DNA of 62,390 nucleotides, the filler included, from a bacterium (GTDB lineage: Bacteria > JALSQH01): NCBI GenBank assembly GCA_027004335.1. It is 9 parts of 9 records of this genome, joined end to end, with 100 filler letters (N's around TTAATTAATTAA, not from the genome) between each part and the next. Parts side by side here need not be neighbours in the genome. Positions count along the whole stretch, not along the records: positions 23,106 to 32,817 come from JALTID010000136.1; positions 32,918 to 36,191 come from JALTID010000137.1; positions 36,292 to 39,561 come from JALTID010000138.1; positions 39,662 to 42,922 come from JALTID010000139.1; 5 more parts are not named here. One strand, given 5' to 3'. The position numbers and the translations under genes were made by a program. This document shows positions 29,717 to 39,996 of the stretch, one piece after another (the first letter of the stretch is position 1; each line of letters starts with the position of its first letter). The notes under the pieces are model-generated. The model did not search any database, was not told where the DNA came from, and was given only the letters and a program-made list of their open reading frames with translations.

Positions 29717-31428
29717 TAAACCACTTCCTCCTGGGTTACCCTGAGGACTTCTTCAACAGTGGTTATCCCTTCAACGACCTTCCTGGCACCATCCTCCTTC
29801 AAAGTGGTCATACCCTCTTCAATAGCTACTTTTCTTATTTCTGAAGCGTCCCTCTTCTGGGTAATCATCTTTCTTATTCTGTCAGAAATGATAAAAAGCT
29901 CAAAAATCCCAGTTCTTCCTTTATATCCAGTATACATGCAGTATTCGCACCCCTGTCCCTTGTAAAGTTTTCCATCCTTCAGAGCTTTTCTGGTAAGGCC
30001 CAACTCGGATAGCTCAGCATCGGTGGGCTCATATGCAATCTTGCAGTGAGGACAGGTGGTCCTAACAAGTCTTTGAGCCAGAACAGCTACAAGAGAAGAC
30101 GAGATCAAATAAGGTTCTATCCCCATATCCACTAACCTTGTAACAGCACTGGGAGCATCATTGGTGTGAAGGGTGCTGAAAACCAGATGGCCTGTGAGAG
30201 ATGCCTGAATGGCAATCTCAGCCGTTTCAAGATCCCTGATCTCCCCTACAAGTACAACATCAGGGTCCTGCCTAAGAATTGACCTTAAACCTGCTGCAAA
30301 AGTAAGATTAATTTTGGGATTAACCTGGATTTGATTAACCCCTTTCAACTGGTATTCTACAGGGTCCTCTATCGTCATTATATTCTTATCTTCAGAATTT
30401 ATCTTATTTAAAGCAGCATAAAGGGTAGTTGTCTTACCACTCCCAGTAGGTCCCGTCACAAGAATTATTCCATTAGAACGTCTTAAAAGTTTCTTAAATC
30501 TTGCAAGCTTATCTCCACTGAGTCCAATTTCTTCTAATCCTAAAAGAACACTGCTTCTATCAAGGATTCTCATTACCACCCTTTCTCCAAAAATGGTTGG
30601 AATTGTGGAAACTCTGATATCAACATCCTTTCCCGCAACCTTCGTTCTGATTCTTCCATCCTGTGGAAGTCTCTTCTCAGCTATATTCAGACCAGCCATA
30701 ATCTTTACACGAGAAACTACACTGGCATGAAATCTTCTCGGAACCTGAAGAATATTATGAAGAACTCCGTCTATTCTGTACCTTACCATAACATCTCTTT
30801 CAAAGGGTTCAACATGGATATCACTCACTCTCTGCTTTACCCCTTGAAATAACAGGGTATTTACCAGGCGAATAATTGGAGCTTCATCTACACTATCCAG
30901 AAGATCAGTCGGTTCACCTTCTTCTAATTCTGATGTGACTACACCGAGTTCCCCATCTTCTTCCAGATCTTCTATCATCTCATCCGCGGCATTTGTGGCT
31001 CGATTGTAAAGATTATTAATAGCATTGGAGATTTCTCCGCTTGTTGCCACCACAGGAAAAACAACTTTCCCCAGAAGCATCTGAAGATCATCCACCACAG
31101 AAATATTGAGCGGATCAGAAATGGCGATGACAACCATGTCACCCCTTTTTTCAACAGGAACAACTTCGTTTTTCCTTGCATAATTGATGGGTATCTGAGA
31201 AACAATTTCTTCAGGAACCTTACCCGCATCAATGTGGGGAAGAAATGGCATTCCAAACTGTTGGGCAAGAGCTTCTTTTAGATCCGCCTCGGTAATATAC
31301 TTTTGATGAATCAGTATCTCACCAACTCTTTTATCTGGCCGTGATCTCTGGGCAGAAAGCACTTCTTTAAGTTGTTCACTACTTATTTTCCCTTTTTCTA
31401 ATAAAATTTCTCCTATTTTCTTTTTCAT
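29716..31428 (-). CDS. gspE: Type II secretion ATPase GspE
   Basis: SDIHVEP, RLPQDGR, Walker A GPTGSGKTT, TIEDPVE, LRQDPDVVLVGEIRD, TGHLVFSTLH and the CxxC...CxxC zinc motif. Confidence 0.98.
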   Translation of the reverse strand: MKKKIGEILLEKGKISSEQLKEVLSAQRSRPDKRVGEILIHQKYITEADLKEALAQQFGMPFLPHIDAGKVPEEIVSQIPINYARKNEVVPVEKRGDMVVIAISDPLNISVVDDLQMLLGKVVFPVVATSGEISNAINNLYNRATNAADEMIEDLEEDGELGVVTSELEEGEPTDLLDSVDEAPIIRLVNTLLFQGVKQRVSDIHVEPFERDVMVRYRIDGVLHNILQVPRRFHASVVSRVKIMAGLNIAEKRLPQDGRIRTKVAGKDVDIRVSTIPTIFGERVVMRILDRSSVLLGLEEIGLSGDKLARFKKLLRRSNGIILVTGPTGSGKTTTLYAALNKINSEDKNIMTIEDPVEYQLKGVNQIQVNPKINLTFAAGLRSILRQDPDVVLVGEIRDLETAEIAIQASLTGHLVFSTLHTNDAPSAVTRLVDMGIEPYLISSSLVAVLAQRLVRTTCPHCKIAYEPTDAELSELGLTRKALKDGKLYKGQGCEYCMYTGYKGRTGIFELFIISDRIRKMITQKRDASEIRKVAIEEGMTTLKEDGARKVVEGITTVEEVLRVTQEEVV

Positions 31429-31430
31429 AA

Positions 31431-32817
31431 TTACTTTGTCACCGGTGCAGAGTAATTTGTCACGGGGGAAGGGTAACTCGTGCCTGTAGTTGTCTTGGCT
31501 CCATATGGAGTAATTATCACTTCCTTTTTAATTTCCTCTCTTTTAACTGGAGGAATGCCAAGCTGGCTTCCCACTGTTAGAATCTTACCTAAATTCACTG
31601 CCCCAACTTCCTCTTTAAAATTAGATAGAGTATTTCGGTGAAGATTATTAAGAAACACCAAGTCCCTTGTATCTTTCACAATATAGGGAGTAATAAAGAT
31701 GAGAAGATCGGTTTTGGTCGTGGATTTTTTTCTTGATTTAAACAACCATCCAAAAATTGGAATATCCCCCAAAATTGGAACCTTTGTTTCACTGTAACTC
31801 TCCTGAGAGGATATTAATCCTCCAATCACCACAGTTTGTCTATCTTTTACTACCACTGTGGTTTTGGCTGATCTCTTTCTCGTAACAATTCCCTGCTGAT
31901 TAACATTTATTCCCTGAGGTTGTTGGGGATTTACCTGTGAAATTTCCTGATAAATTTTTAACTTAACATGGTCACTTTCATTAATCTGGGGAGTAATTCT
32001 CAGAGTTACGCCTACATCTTTCCTCTCAATACTGGTCAGGATATTACCACCAGAGGTTACATTCTGACCGGTAATAAAAGGAACATTTTCACCCACTACA
32101 ATTTCTGCTTCTTCATTATCACTTGTAAGTAAATGTGGGGTTGAAATAATATTTACTGCATTAGAAGTTTCAATGGCTCTCAAAAGAGCCGCTACACTTG
32201 GAACCTGAACACCTCCACCAAGATCTATCATTTTACCCAAAAAGCCTAAAAATAACCCTCCAAGACCCCCAAGAGATGTAGGTGTAAGACCAAGAGTATT
32301 TATTCCACCAAGGGCTTCGCCACCCAACACCACAGCCTCACCCTCCTGCAACAATTTCCCGCCATGTAGAGAAATGCCTAAATCTCTCAATTTATCAAGA
32401 GATATCTCAAGAATTGCCGCTTCAACAAAAACCTGTCTTCTGGGTACATCAAGCTGATTCACAACACTTTTTACAAGAGCATAATCAGCAGGAGAAGCTA
32501 TCACAATAAGTGAATTCGTTGCCTTATCAGCACTTATCCTTATCCCGCCCTGAAACTTTGCCACAGGAACTTTACCTTTTATTTTTGCCTGCTTTAACCC
32601 TGAAGCAAGTTGAGCTATCGTAGAAGCAAGCTCTGTAGCATCGGCATATTTTAAATAAATAACATGAACCTGGCTGTTTGCCGAACCTACCTCTATGTCA
32701 AACTTTCTAATAAGTGATTTCACCTTCTTCATATCTCCCTCTGTACCGAGCACTATAACTGAATTTGTTCTGCTCTCAGAAATAACTTTAAATCCACCTT
32801 TCACCACCACCGATTCC
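31431..32817 (-). CDS. gspD: Type II secretion secretin GspD, C-terminal part (end of N2, N3 and secretin domain)
   Basis: RTNSVIV, IYLKYADA, DKATNSLIV, LDVPRRQVFVEAAI, VGENVPF, DVGVTLRITPQIN and KVPILGDIPIFGWLF. Confidence 0.96.
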
Positions 32818-32917
32818 NNNNNNNNNNNNNNNNNNNNNNNNNNNNNNNNNNNNNNNNNNNNTTAATTAATTAANNNNNNNNNNNNNNNNNNNNNNNNNNN
32901 NNNNNNNNNNNNNNNNN
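32818..32917. other. Artificial contig linker
   Basis: N44-TTAATTAATTAA-N44. Confidence 0.99.
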
Positions 32918-32918
32918 A

Positions 32919-33770
32919 ATATTAAGCGGCTCCTTACCAGCTAAGCTTTTTTTAAAAGGGTTTTTAAATTTTTTTGTTGTTGCATCTTATGAGGATGTTG
33001 ATGAGTTTGGTTACAGTACAACTTTTGAGAAAAAAGTTGATCCCTTTTTTTCTTTTTTCTACAAAAACTGGTTCAGGGTGAATGTTTCAGGTATAGAACA
33101 TATGCCATCAAAAGGTGGTGTTATTTTAGTGGCAAATCATGCAGGGATGATCCCCTGGGATGCTGCAATGCTCTCCTATGCACTTAAAAATAATCCACCA
33201 TATAGAAAGGTTCGTCCGCTGGTGGAGAATCTGTTTTTTTATTTTCCATTTCTTGGAGCGTTTATTTCCAGAGTGGGGGGGATAAGGGCTAATTTTGAAA
33301 ATGCTCACCGGCTATTGATGAAGGGAGAAGTTGTAGCAGTTTTTCCCGAAGGTCTCAAAGGTCTTGGAAAGCCTTACCGGGAGAGATATAAATTACAGAG
33401 GTTCGCAAGAGGAGGGGTCATCCGCCTTCATCTGGAAACAGGTCTGCCAATCGTACCTATAGGGATTGTTGGTTCTGAAGAAGCGCATCCGATCATCTTC
33501 TCTTCGGAATATCTTGCTGCAGAACTGGGAATGGATTTTTTCCCTATTACCATAACTTTTCCATGGCTTGGAATTCTTGGTCTTATGCCTCTTCCCTCAA
33601 AGTGGTATATAACTATCGGAAAACCTCTAAATTTCAGCCAAGAAAGAGATTTATGGAAATCTCTTGACGAGGAAATGATTATCAGTAAATTAACAAATAG
33701 GGTAAAGGAAGTAATTCATGAACTACTTTCGGAAGGCATTAAAAAAAGAAGATCTGCTTTTCTTGGCTAA
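32919..33770 (+). CDS. Lysophospholipid acyltransferase family protein (5' partial)
   Basis: The frame is open from the segment edge (DVDEFG...WFRV). Motifs VANHAGMIPWD, VFPEG, RFARGG and PIVPIGIVG. Confidence 0.9.
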   Translation: MLSGSLPAKLFLKGFLNFFVVASYEDVDEFGYSTTFEKKVDPFFSFFYKNWFRVNVSGIEHMPSKGGVILVANHAGMIPWDAAMLSYALKNNPPYRKVRPLVENLFFYFPFLGAFISRVGGIRANFENAHRLLMKGEVVAVFPEGLKGLGKPYRERYKLQRFARGGVIRLHLETGLPIVPIGIVGSEEAHPIIFSSEYLAAELGMDFFPITITFPWLGILGLMPLPSKWYITIGKPLNFSQERDLWKSLDEEMIISKLTNRVKEVIHELLSEGIKKRRSAFLG

Positions 33771-36191
33771 TACCCTGCTTGTTGCACTTCTTTTTTTCAG
33801 TGTGTTACTTTTTTCCTCGTGTCATAGTAGCCAGAAGAAAACTTCTGGTCGGGGAAAACTTGCTGTAATGGCCTATCCTGCACCGGGCACATATCCCAGC
33901 AATTATCACCTTGAGGTGACTCTTTCTACCAGTAGAGATGCATATATCTACCTCACTCTTGATGGATCAATTCCTGTACCAGGGAGAGCCACCACTTTTG
34001 GTGGAAAAGCCCCAATCTACGATATTCCAATTATACAGGATACATGGTTATGTTATTATGCGGTTGATATGGAGGGAAATCAAACGGCAACAAATTGTGT
34101 TTCTTACCATATCAAACCTCCTCCCACAAGCAGTGTGTATCCTCCACCTGGAGCGTATAATCATCCCCTAAAAGTAACTATTTCTACTAATATTCCTGCC
34201 ATAATTTATTATACTACAGATGGAATGGATCCTGTTCCCGGTAGTGAAGATACCTCTGAGGGGGATGCTCCAGTAGAGGTGAATATTCCCTCTACTCTTC
34301 TTTTGAAGTATTTTGCTGAGGATAATCTTGGTGGAAGAGAGGATATTCATTCTGCAAGATATATTATTGATACAACCCCTCCCCATTCCGAAGCTTCTCC
34401 GCCCGGCGGTGATTACACCCATTCGGTTTCTGTTACTCTCAGGATAACCAATGATGTAGGAACAATATACTATACGACTGATGGAGAAGATCCTTCTGAT
34501 AAATCTGAGGATCTTTATGCAAATGGTGGTAGTACCAGAATTGGTAAGGTCAAGGTTTCAGATATAAAATTAAATTCTTCATCAGTAATAAAATTCTTTG
34601 CCATTGATGGAGTAGGTAATAGAGAATTCCCTCCAGATGCAAACCCTCCATATCATGCTGAGTATTATGTGATTAATGATGTGCCTGTGCTGTATGCAAA
34701 TCCAAAGGGAAGGTACTATTCGGAGACCTCCATTACAGTGGAATTAGATGCATACCCTGATGATACTAAAATTTATTGGGCTCTTGATGAGCAACCTCTG
34801 GAGCAAAGAAGCTATCTGTACAAGCATCCTATCATAATTAGTGGACTCGGTGATCACGATCTCTATTTCTTCGGAGTTAGAAACGGGGTCTACACTGAAA
34901 CAAAAAAGGAGGTATATCATTTAGGTTATGTTAGACCGCCCGAGACATACTCTGAAGAGTTTACATCTACAGATTATATTGATGTAACAGATTCCACTGG
35001 TGTGGTCATAAATACTTCTGATCCAGGTACAGTAAGACTTGATACCTATCATGCTACTTTTTTGCAGAATGTAAATAGTAGCGATGTGGATCTTGGTTTT
35101 GGATATTACAGAGGTTATCTACTTGTTGCCGAGAGATTCGGTGGAATGGTAGTTTATGATGTTTCAGTTCCTTCTCAGGTAAAAAAGATAACAACCTTTG
35201 GAATTAACCCGGGGAATACCAATACAGGTCCATACCTTGATGTAGAAGCTTCTGAAAATCTTCAGATTGCAGCTGTGACTTATCCTCTCGGCGCATTAAT
35301 ACTTGATATTTCTGATCCAACCTCTCCCCGGCAAATAGCAAATTTTTCTGCTCTTTCACAGATCTTCTATTCCCCTCCTGTGGTAAAGATAGAGGATAGT
35401 TACCTCTATGCAGGGGGTTATAAAAATAATAATCCTACTTTGTTCATTTATGATATTTCCACCCCTTCCTCTCCATCACTTGTTTCTACAATGGAAGGAG
35501 TGACCAATGCTGCTGTTACTGATCTTGAGGTTAATGGGAATTCCCTCTACCTTTTCACCGCTGATGGTCATATACAGCTGATTGATATAACTGATAAACA
35601 GAACCCTGTTAAGAAAGGAAAGATCCTTGCCTGTACCAATTGTTCCGGGAGCGACCTTGCGGTGTATGGGGACTATGTTTATGCTGGTTACAACAGTTCA
35701 CAGGGGGGAAATCTCTCTATTGTAAGTTTTTCGGATCCTGTATCTCCGGCGGTGGTGAAGAAAAAAGTTTTACCGCTAGATAACAGAGCTGTTAATGGTG
35801 TCAGTATATCAGGTGTAATGATGACAGTTTCCAATGGAAATAACGGAGTCTGGTTCTATGATATAAGTGATCCACTTAATCCTCTCAAAAAGGACTTAGT
35901 GACTCCTCAAATGGCTCATAACAATGCTTTCGAACCAGGGGAGAATCTCATTAAAAATAACGCACTTTTTGTTATAGATGCATCTACCGGTTTCAGAACA
36001 TTTGAGGTACCGTACAATTTAGGTGACTATTTAACTTCTGGAGAAATCCTGTCTTTTAATGTGAATCCTAATCAGTATGCTCTTAAAGGGGTTAAACTTG
36101 ATGTGTCCCAGACTTTAAACAAAGGGGGTGTTGATTATCAGGTTTCCCCCGATGGAGGAACAACATGGTATGATATAACACCAGGTAATTA
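33718..36191 (+). CDS. Lipoprotein with four chitobiase/beta-hexosaminidase-C-like (Fn3-associated) domains and LVIVD-type repeats (3' partial)
   Basis: Lipobox FSS-C. Repeats P.PG.Y...V.L......IYYTTDG.DP (three clear, one degenerate), then six D.S.P..P units (e.g. ILDISDPTSP, FYDISDPLNP) and SPDGGTTW. Confidence 0.85.
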
Positions 36192-36291
36192 NNNNNNNNN
36201 NNNNNNNNNNNNNNNNNNNNNNNNNNNNNNNNNNNTTAATTAATTAANNNNNNNNNNNNNNNNNNNNNNNNNNNNNNNNNNNNNNNNNNNN
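36192..36291. other. Artificial contig linker
   Basis: N44-TTAATTAATTAA-N44. Confidence 0.99.
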
Positions 36292-37931
36292 ACCTTGTAG
36301 TGAGCCATATTCTGCCTGCACCATTCAATCAATTCATTCTCGGCTATCTGCCCCTTATATTCGTCTTCAAGAACAATCCAGGCTTTAATTACTTCACCCA
36401 CTTTTCCCTCAAGATCAGGAAGACCTGCTACAGCCACTTCATGTACAGCGGGATGATCAGCTATTAATGTTTCAACATCAGCGGGGAATACACTGTATCC
36501 TTTGTGTTTGATTAATTGTTTTTTTCTCCCCGTAATCTTCACCCTACCTAATTCATCAATAATACCAAGATCGCCGGTTAACAACCAGTTCTTGCCTTCT
36601 ATATTCTTAACGGTCTCTGCAGTTTCCTCTGGGTTTTTAAGATACTCTTTCATAACCTGAGGCCCAGCCACCCAGAGCTCCCCAACTTCACCAGGATTAA
36701 GTTTATTTCCCTCCTCATCACAGATCCACCAGTCTGTACCAGGAAAGGGAAGGCCTATAGTACCCGTTGTCCTTATTCCATAAAAAGGACCTGCACTTAC
36801 AACAGGGGAAGCTTCAGTAAGACCATAACCTTCCACAAGTTTAGCTTTAACTATTTCCTCAAATTTTTCCTGAACCTGCCTGTGAAGGGGTCCTGCACCT
36901 GAAACTGCCATAAGAAGTTTTTTATTAATTCCTGTTTTTTCAATTCCAGGGTAATCTGCCAGTCTCTGGAAAAGAACCTCAGGCCCAAGATAAATCCCAC
37001 TTTCATCGGGAACCACTTCAAGAACTTTTTGAATAAACTCTTCCGTAGAAGGGGGTCTGGGAAAGAGCATCATACAACCACCAAAGGCAAAGGAAATATT
37101 CATAACAGTGGTCATAGCAAAAGAATGGAAAAGTGGGATCACTCCAATAGGACACATTCCAGGTCTTGCTTTAAACATCCACAACCGACTCTGGATAGCA
37201 TTAGATACAAGATTAAAATGTGTAAGAACTGCAGCCTTAGGAACCCCTGTGGTCCCACCCGTCATTAGATAAACAGCAGGATCCTCATATGGATCAATCT
37301 CTACGGAAGGTACATTGGGAGAAGTTTTAAGAAGATCCATAAATCCCAGGTGTGAAATATCTACCTTACCAGTGGGTATCTTCTTCAATAACTTTCCGAG
37401 GAATCTTTTTAATCCGGGAAGAAAATCAGCAACATTTGTAACAATAATATGATCAAGTTTGTGTTTACCAAGAACAGGCTTAAGGGTAGTTTCAAATAGG
37501 CTATCTAAAATAATTATTCCCTTTGCACCGGTTAGTCTTAACTGATGAAGTATTTCCATGGGCTTGTAAGTAGGATTCATCCCGGTTACAATAACCCCTA
37601 AAAGTTGAGCAGCATAATAAGAGATAACATACTGAAAACTATTAGGAAGCAACAAAGCCAATACATCACCTTTTTTATAACCAAGCTGATGAAGCGAAGT
37701 TGCAAGTCTCTCCACATAATTCCAGAAATCTCTATAGGTCATTTTTTCATCCAGGAACCAGATGAGATCTTCACCGGGCCATTTCTCCACTGCTTCCTTA
37801 GCAAATTCACCAAGAGTCACTAGTGGAAATTCATAATTTTTGGGCACTTCATCGGGCCAGCCTGCTTCTTTTTTAAACCAGGGCCTGTCTTCCGGAACAT
37901 AAAATAACTTTTTTATGGTTTCTTTATCCAT
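36292..37931 (-). CDS. Long-chain fatty acid--CoA ligase (3' partial)
   Basis: MTGGTTGVPKAAVLTH, PLFHSF, EGYGLTEASP, GTIGLPFP, GPQVMKEY, WLLTGDLG and GRKK. GGAGG RBS. Confidence 0.93.
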
Positions 37932-38007
37932 TTAAAACACCTCCTCTACTTTAATCGCAGGATAAAAATATCACTTATTCTTATAAAAATCAAGGCCTGT
38001 GATAGTC

Positions 38008-39561
38008 CTACAAATCAAAAAACTCCCCTAATACAAAATCAGCATCCATCCTTTTAACAAAATTCATGTTATAAGGTTTATTAAGGAAGCGAGTGGCCCA
38101 TTTTTTTACGTCGGGAAATCGAGAAGAGGATAACTTTTTATAAATACTCAAAGCCCCACTCCTTTTACCCTGAAGATCATTTACCCTTCCAATCCATAAC
38201 TCTGCAACTTCATGCCTGTAATCAGTATCCTGTAGTGAGAGAGCCCGTTCAAAATCTTCTCTTGCTTCACTTACATACTCAGCTTTTAACCTCATCCAAC
38301 CTCTGAGAAGAAAATACTGCGGCTCCTTTGAATCAATCTCTATAGCAGAATCAAGCTCTTCAATGGCTTTACAAATATCCATTTTATACCACCATGCGTT
38401 ATATGCGCTTATGTAGTGTCTCAGGGCCCTTACCTTTTTTGATCTTGCAAACCTGTTGGGTGGTATCGATGAACCTTTAATTGTAAGTCTTCCATACCAG
38501 AGGTCAGTTATACTAACGGGGAAGTACGGATTATTATTTAAAGGTGATTTACCCACTGCCACATAAAGAGTATCATTTTCGACATCGAAAATAGCAGAAG
38601 ATGAATTATACACGCAAGAGAGTACAGAGCCAGTTCCCCTTTCTATTTTTGCCCATGGATCGAAATGATCACCAAGAATTTCAACAGATTTCGCAGGGGT
38701 GATTTCACCAAAATTTTTTTTCAGAAGTTCCTTCATTCGTACATCTCTACCAACATTGAAAAGAGTCCAGATATATGCAGGAACCCTCTCATTTTTCCTG
38801 AACTCTGGAGAATGGTAAGTATTATTGTAGTAAAGATAAGAATTTTTTCTGAGGTTGCTCCTGTTATATTTTTTCGCTATCATTTCAAAAATTGCCCCGC
38901 CGAAGGCAGGATTGGATACAAGCAAACCCCATCCACTAAAGCGAGAAGTTGTTGAAATTATTTTTTCTACATCCTCAAGGTTCTTCGCTTTTAAAGCAAG
39001 TGTAGCTGCGAGTGATACTATATTTGTACCCTTTCTTGCAATGTCCTTTGTATAGTTTAGATGAAGGTCAAAGATAGTACCATTCTCAGTAAGGGTCGTG
39101 ACACCCGGGATAAGAGCAGAATCTGAAGTAACAGTGATAGTGGAGTTGTAACCTTTTGGTTTAAATACAATTAGAGCATGATTTTCGTCCCACACATCAC
39201 CTCCAAAAAAATCAAAATTCCTTGCATGAATCAAGTTCCCACCTCTGGTAAAATTGCCCCACCCCAAAAACGAGGAACACCCTACAAGAACCTCGGGGAA
39301 AATACTCCTATTAAAAACTCCACTAATATAAAGTAAATGAGGGAATACATCGGCAAAAGCAAGAGCTCTCTGAACCTCTCTTACAGATACTCCTATTCCC
39401 TTTGCAAGTCCCTTAACAATCATTTCTCCTTCGTAAGTAAGTGATGTCATAACATTTCTTTCAATATATCTTGAAATCAACCCCCGCAATCCTTTTCTTA
39501 CTGCAGCAGGCCTACCCTGTGTTGAATGTTCTACAAGTAAATCAACAATCTGTGTAAAAAT
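38008..39561 (-). CDS. C45-family / Ntn-hydrolase amidase with C-terminal TPR repeats (5' partial)
   Basis: G-CSSF...LIHARNFDF is the autoproteolytic Cys-nucleophile motif. The C-terminus has TPR-like helices (AIEELDSAIEIDS...RG...AREDFERALSL). Confidence 0.82.
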   Translation of the reverse strand: MFTQIVDLLVEHSTQGRPAAVRKGLRGLISRYIERNVMTSLTYEGEMIVKGLAKGIGVSVREVQRALAFADVFPHLLYISGVFNRSIFPEVLVGCSSFLGWGNFTRGGNLIHARNFDFFGGDVWDENHALIVFKPKGYNSTITVTSDSALIPGVTTLTENGTIFDLHLNYTKDIARKGTNIVSLAATLALKAKNLEDVEKIISTTSRFSGWGLLVSNPAFGGAIFEMIAKKYNRSNLRKNSYLYYNNTYHSPEFRKNERVPAYIWTLFNVGRDVRMKELLKKNFGEITPAKSVEILGDHFDPWAKIERGTGSVLSCVYNSSSAIFDVENDTLYVAVGKSPLNNNPYFPVSITDLWYGRLTIKGSSIPPNRFARSKKVRALRHYISAYNAWWYKMDICKAIEELDSAIEIDSKEPQYFLLRGWMRLKAEYVSEAREDFERALSLQDTDYRHEVAELWIGRVNDLQGKRSGALSIYKKLSSSRFPDVKKWATRFLNKPYNMNFVKRMDADFVLGEFFDL

Positions 39562-39661
39562 NNNNNNNNNNNNNNNNNNNNNNNNNNNNNNNNNNNNNNN
39601 NNNNNTTAATTAATTAANNNNNNNNNNNNNNNNNNNNNNNNNNNNNNNNNNNNNNNNNNNN
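39562..39661. other. Artificial contig linker
   Basis: N44-TTAATTAATTAA-N44. Confidence 0.99.
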
Positions 39662-39663
39662 AA

Positions 39664-39996
39664 TACGCAGTAAAAGAATTAGGAGACATAGTTTATATTG
39701 AACTCCCTGAAGTGGAAACTGAAATTGAAGCAAAAGAACCCTTTGGCACAATAGAATCTGTAAAAGCTGTTTCAGACCTTATTTCTCCGGTTACAGGGGA
39801 AATCATACAGGTAAATGAATCAATTCAGGAAGCACCAGAAGAATTAGCAGATGATCCCTATGAAGAAGGCTGGTTGATAAAAATTGAAGTGGAAGAAGCC
39901 TCAGAATTTGAGGACCTGCTAACACAGGAAGAATACCTCAATCTGATTCAGGAAGAAGCCTCAGAGCCAGTGGAAGTAGAGGAAGAGGAAGAGTAA
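39664..39996 (+). CDS. gcvH: Glycine cleavage system H protein (5' partial)
   Basis: YAVKELGDIVYIELP, IESVKAVSDL (lipoyl Lys), SPVTG and DPYEEGWL. Confidence 0.96.
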   Translation, partial: YAVKELGDIVYIELPEVETEIEAKEPFGTIESVKAVSDLISPVTGEIIQVNESIQEAPEELADDPYEEGWLIKIEVEEASEFEDLLTQEEYLNLIQEEASEPVEVEEEEE

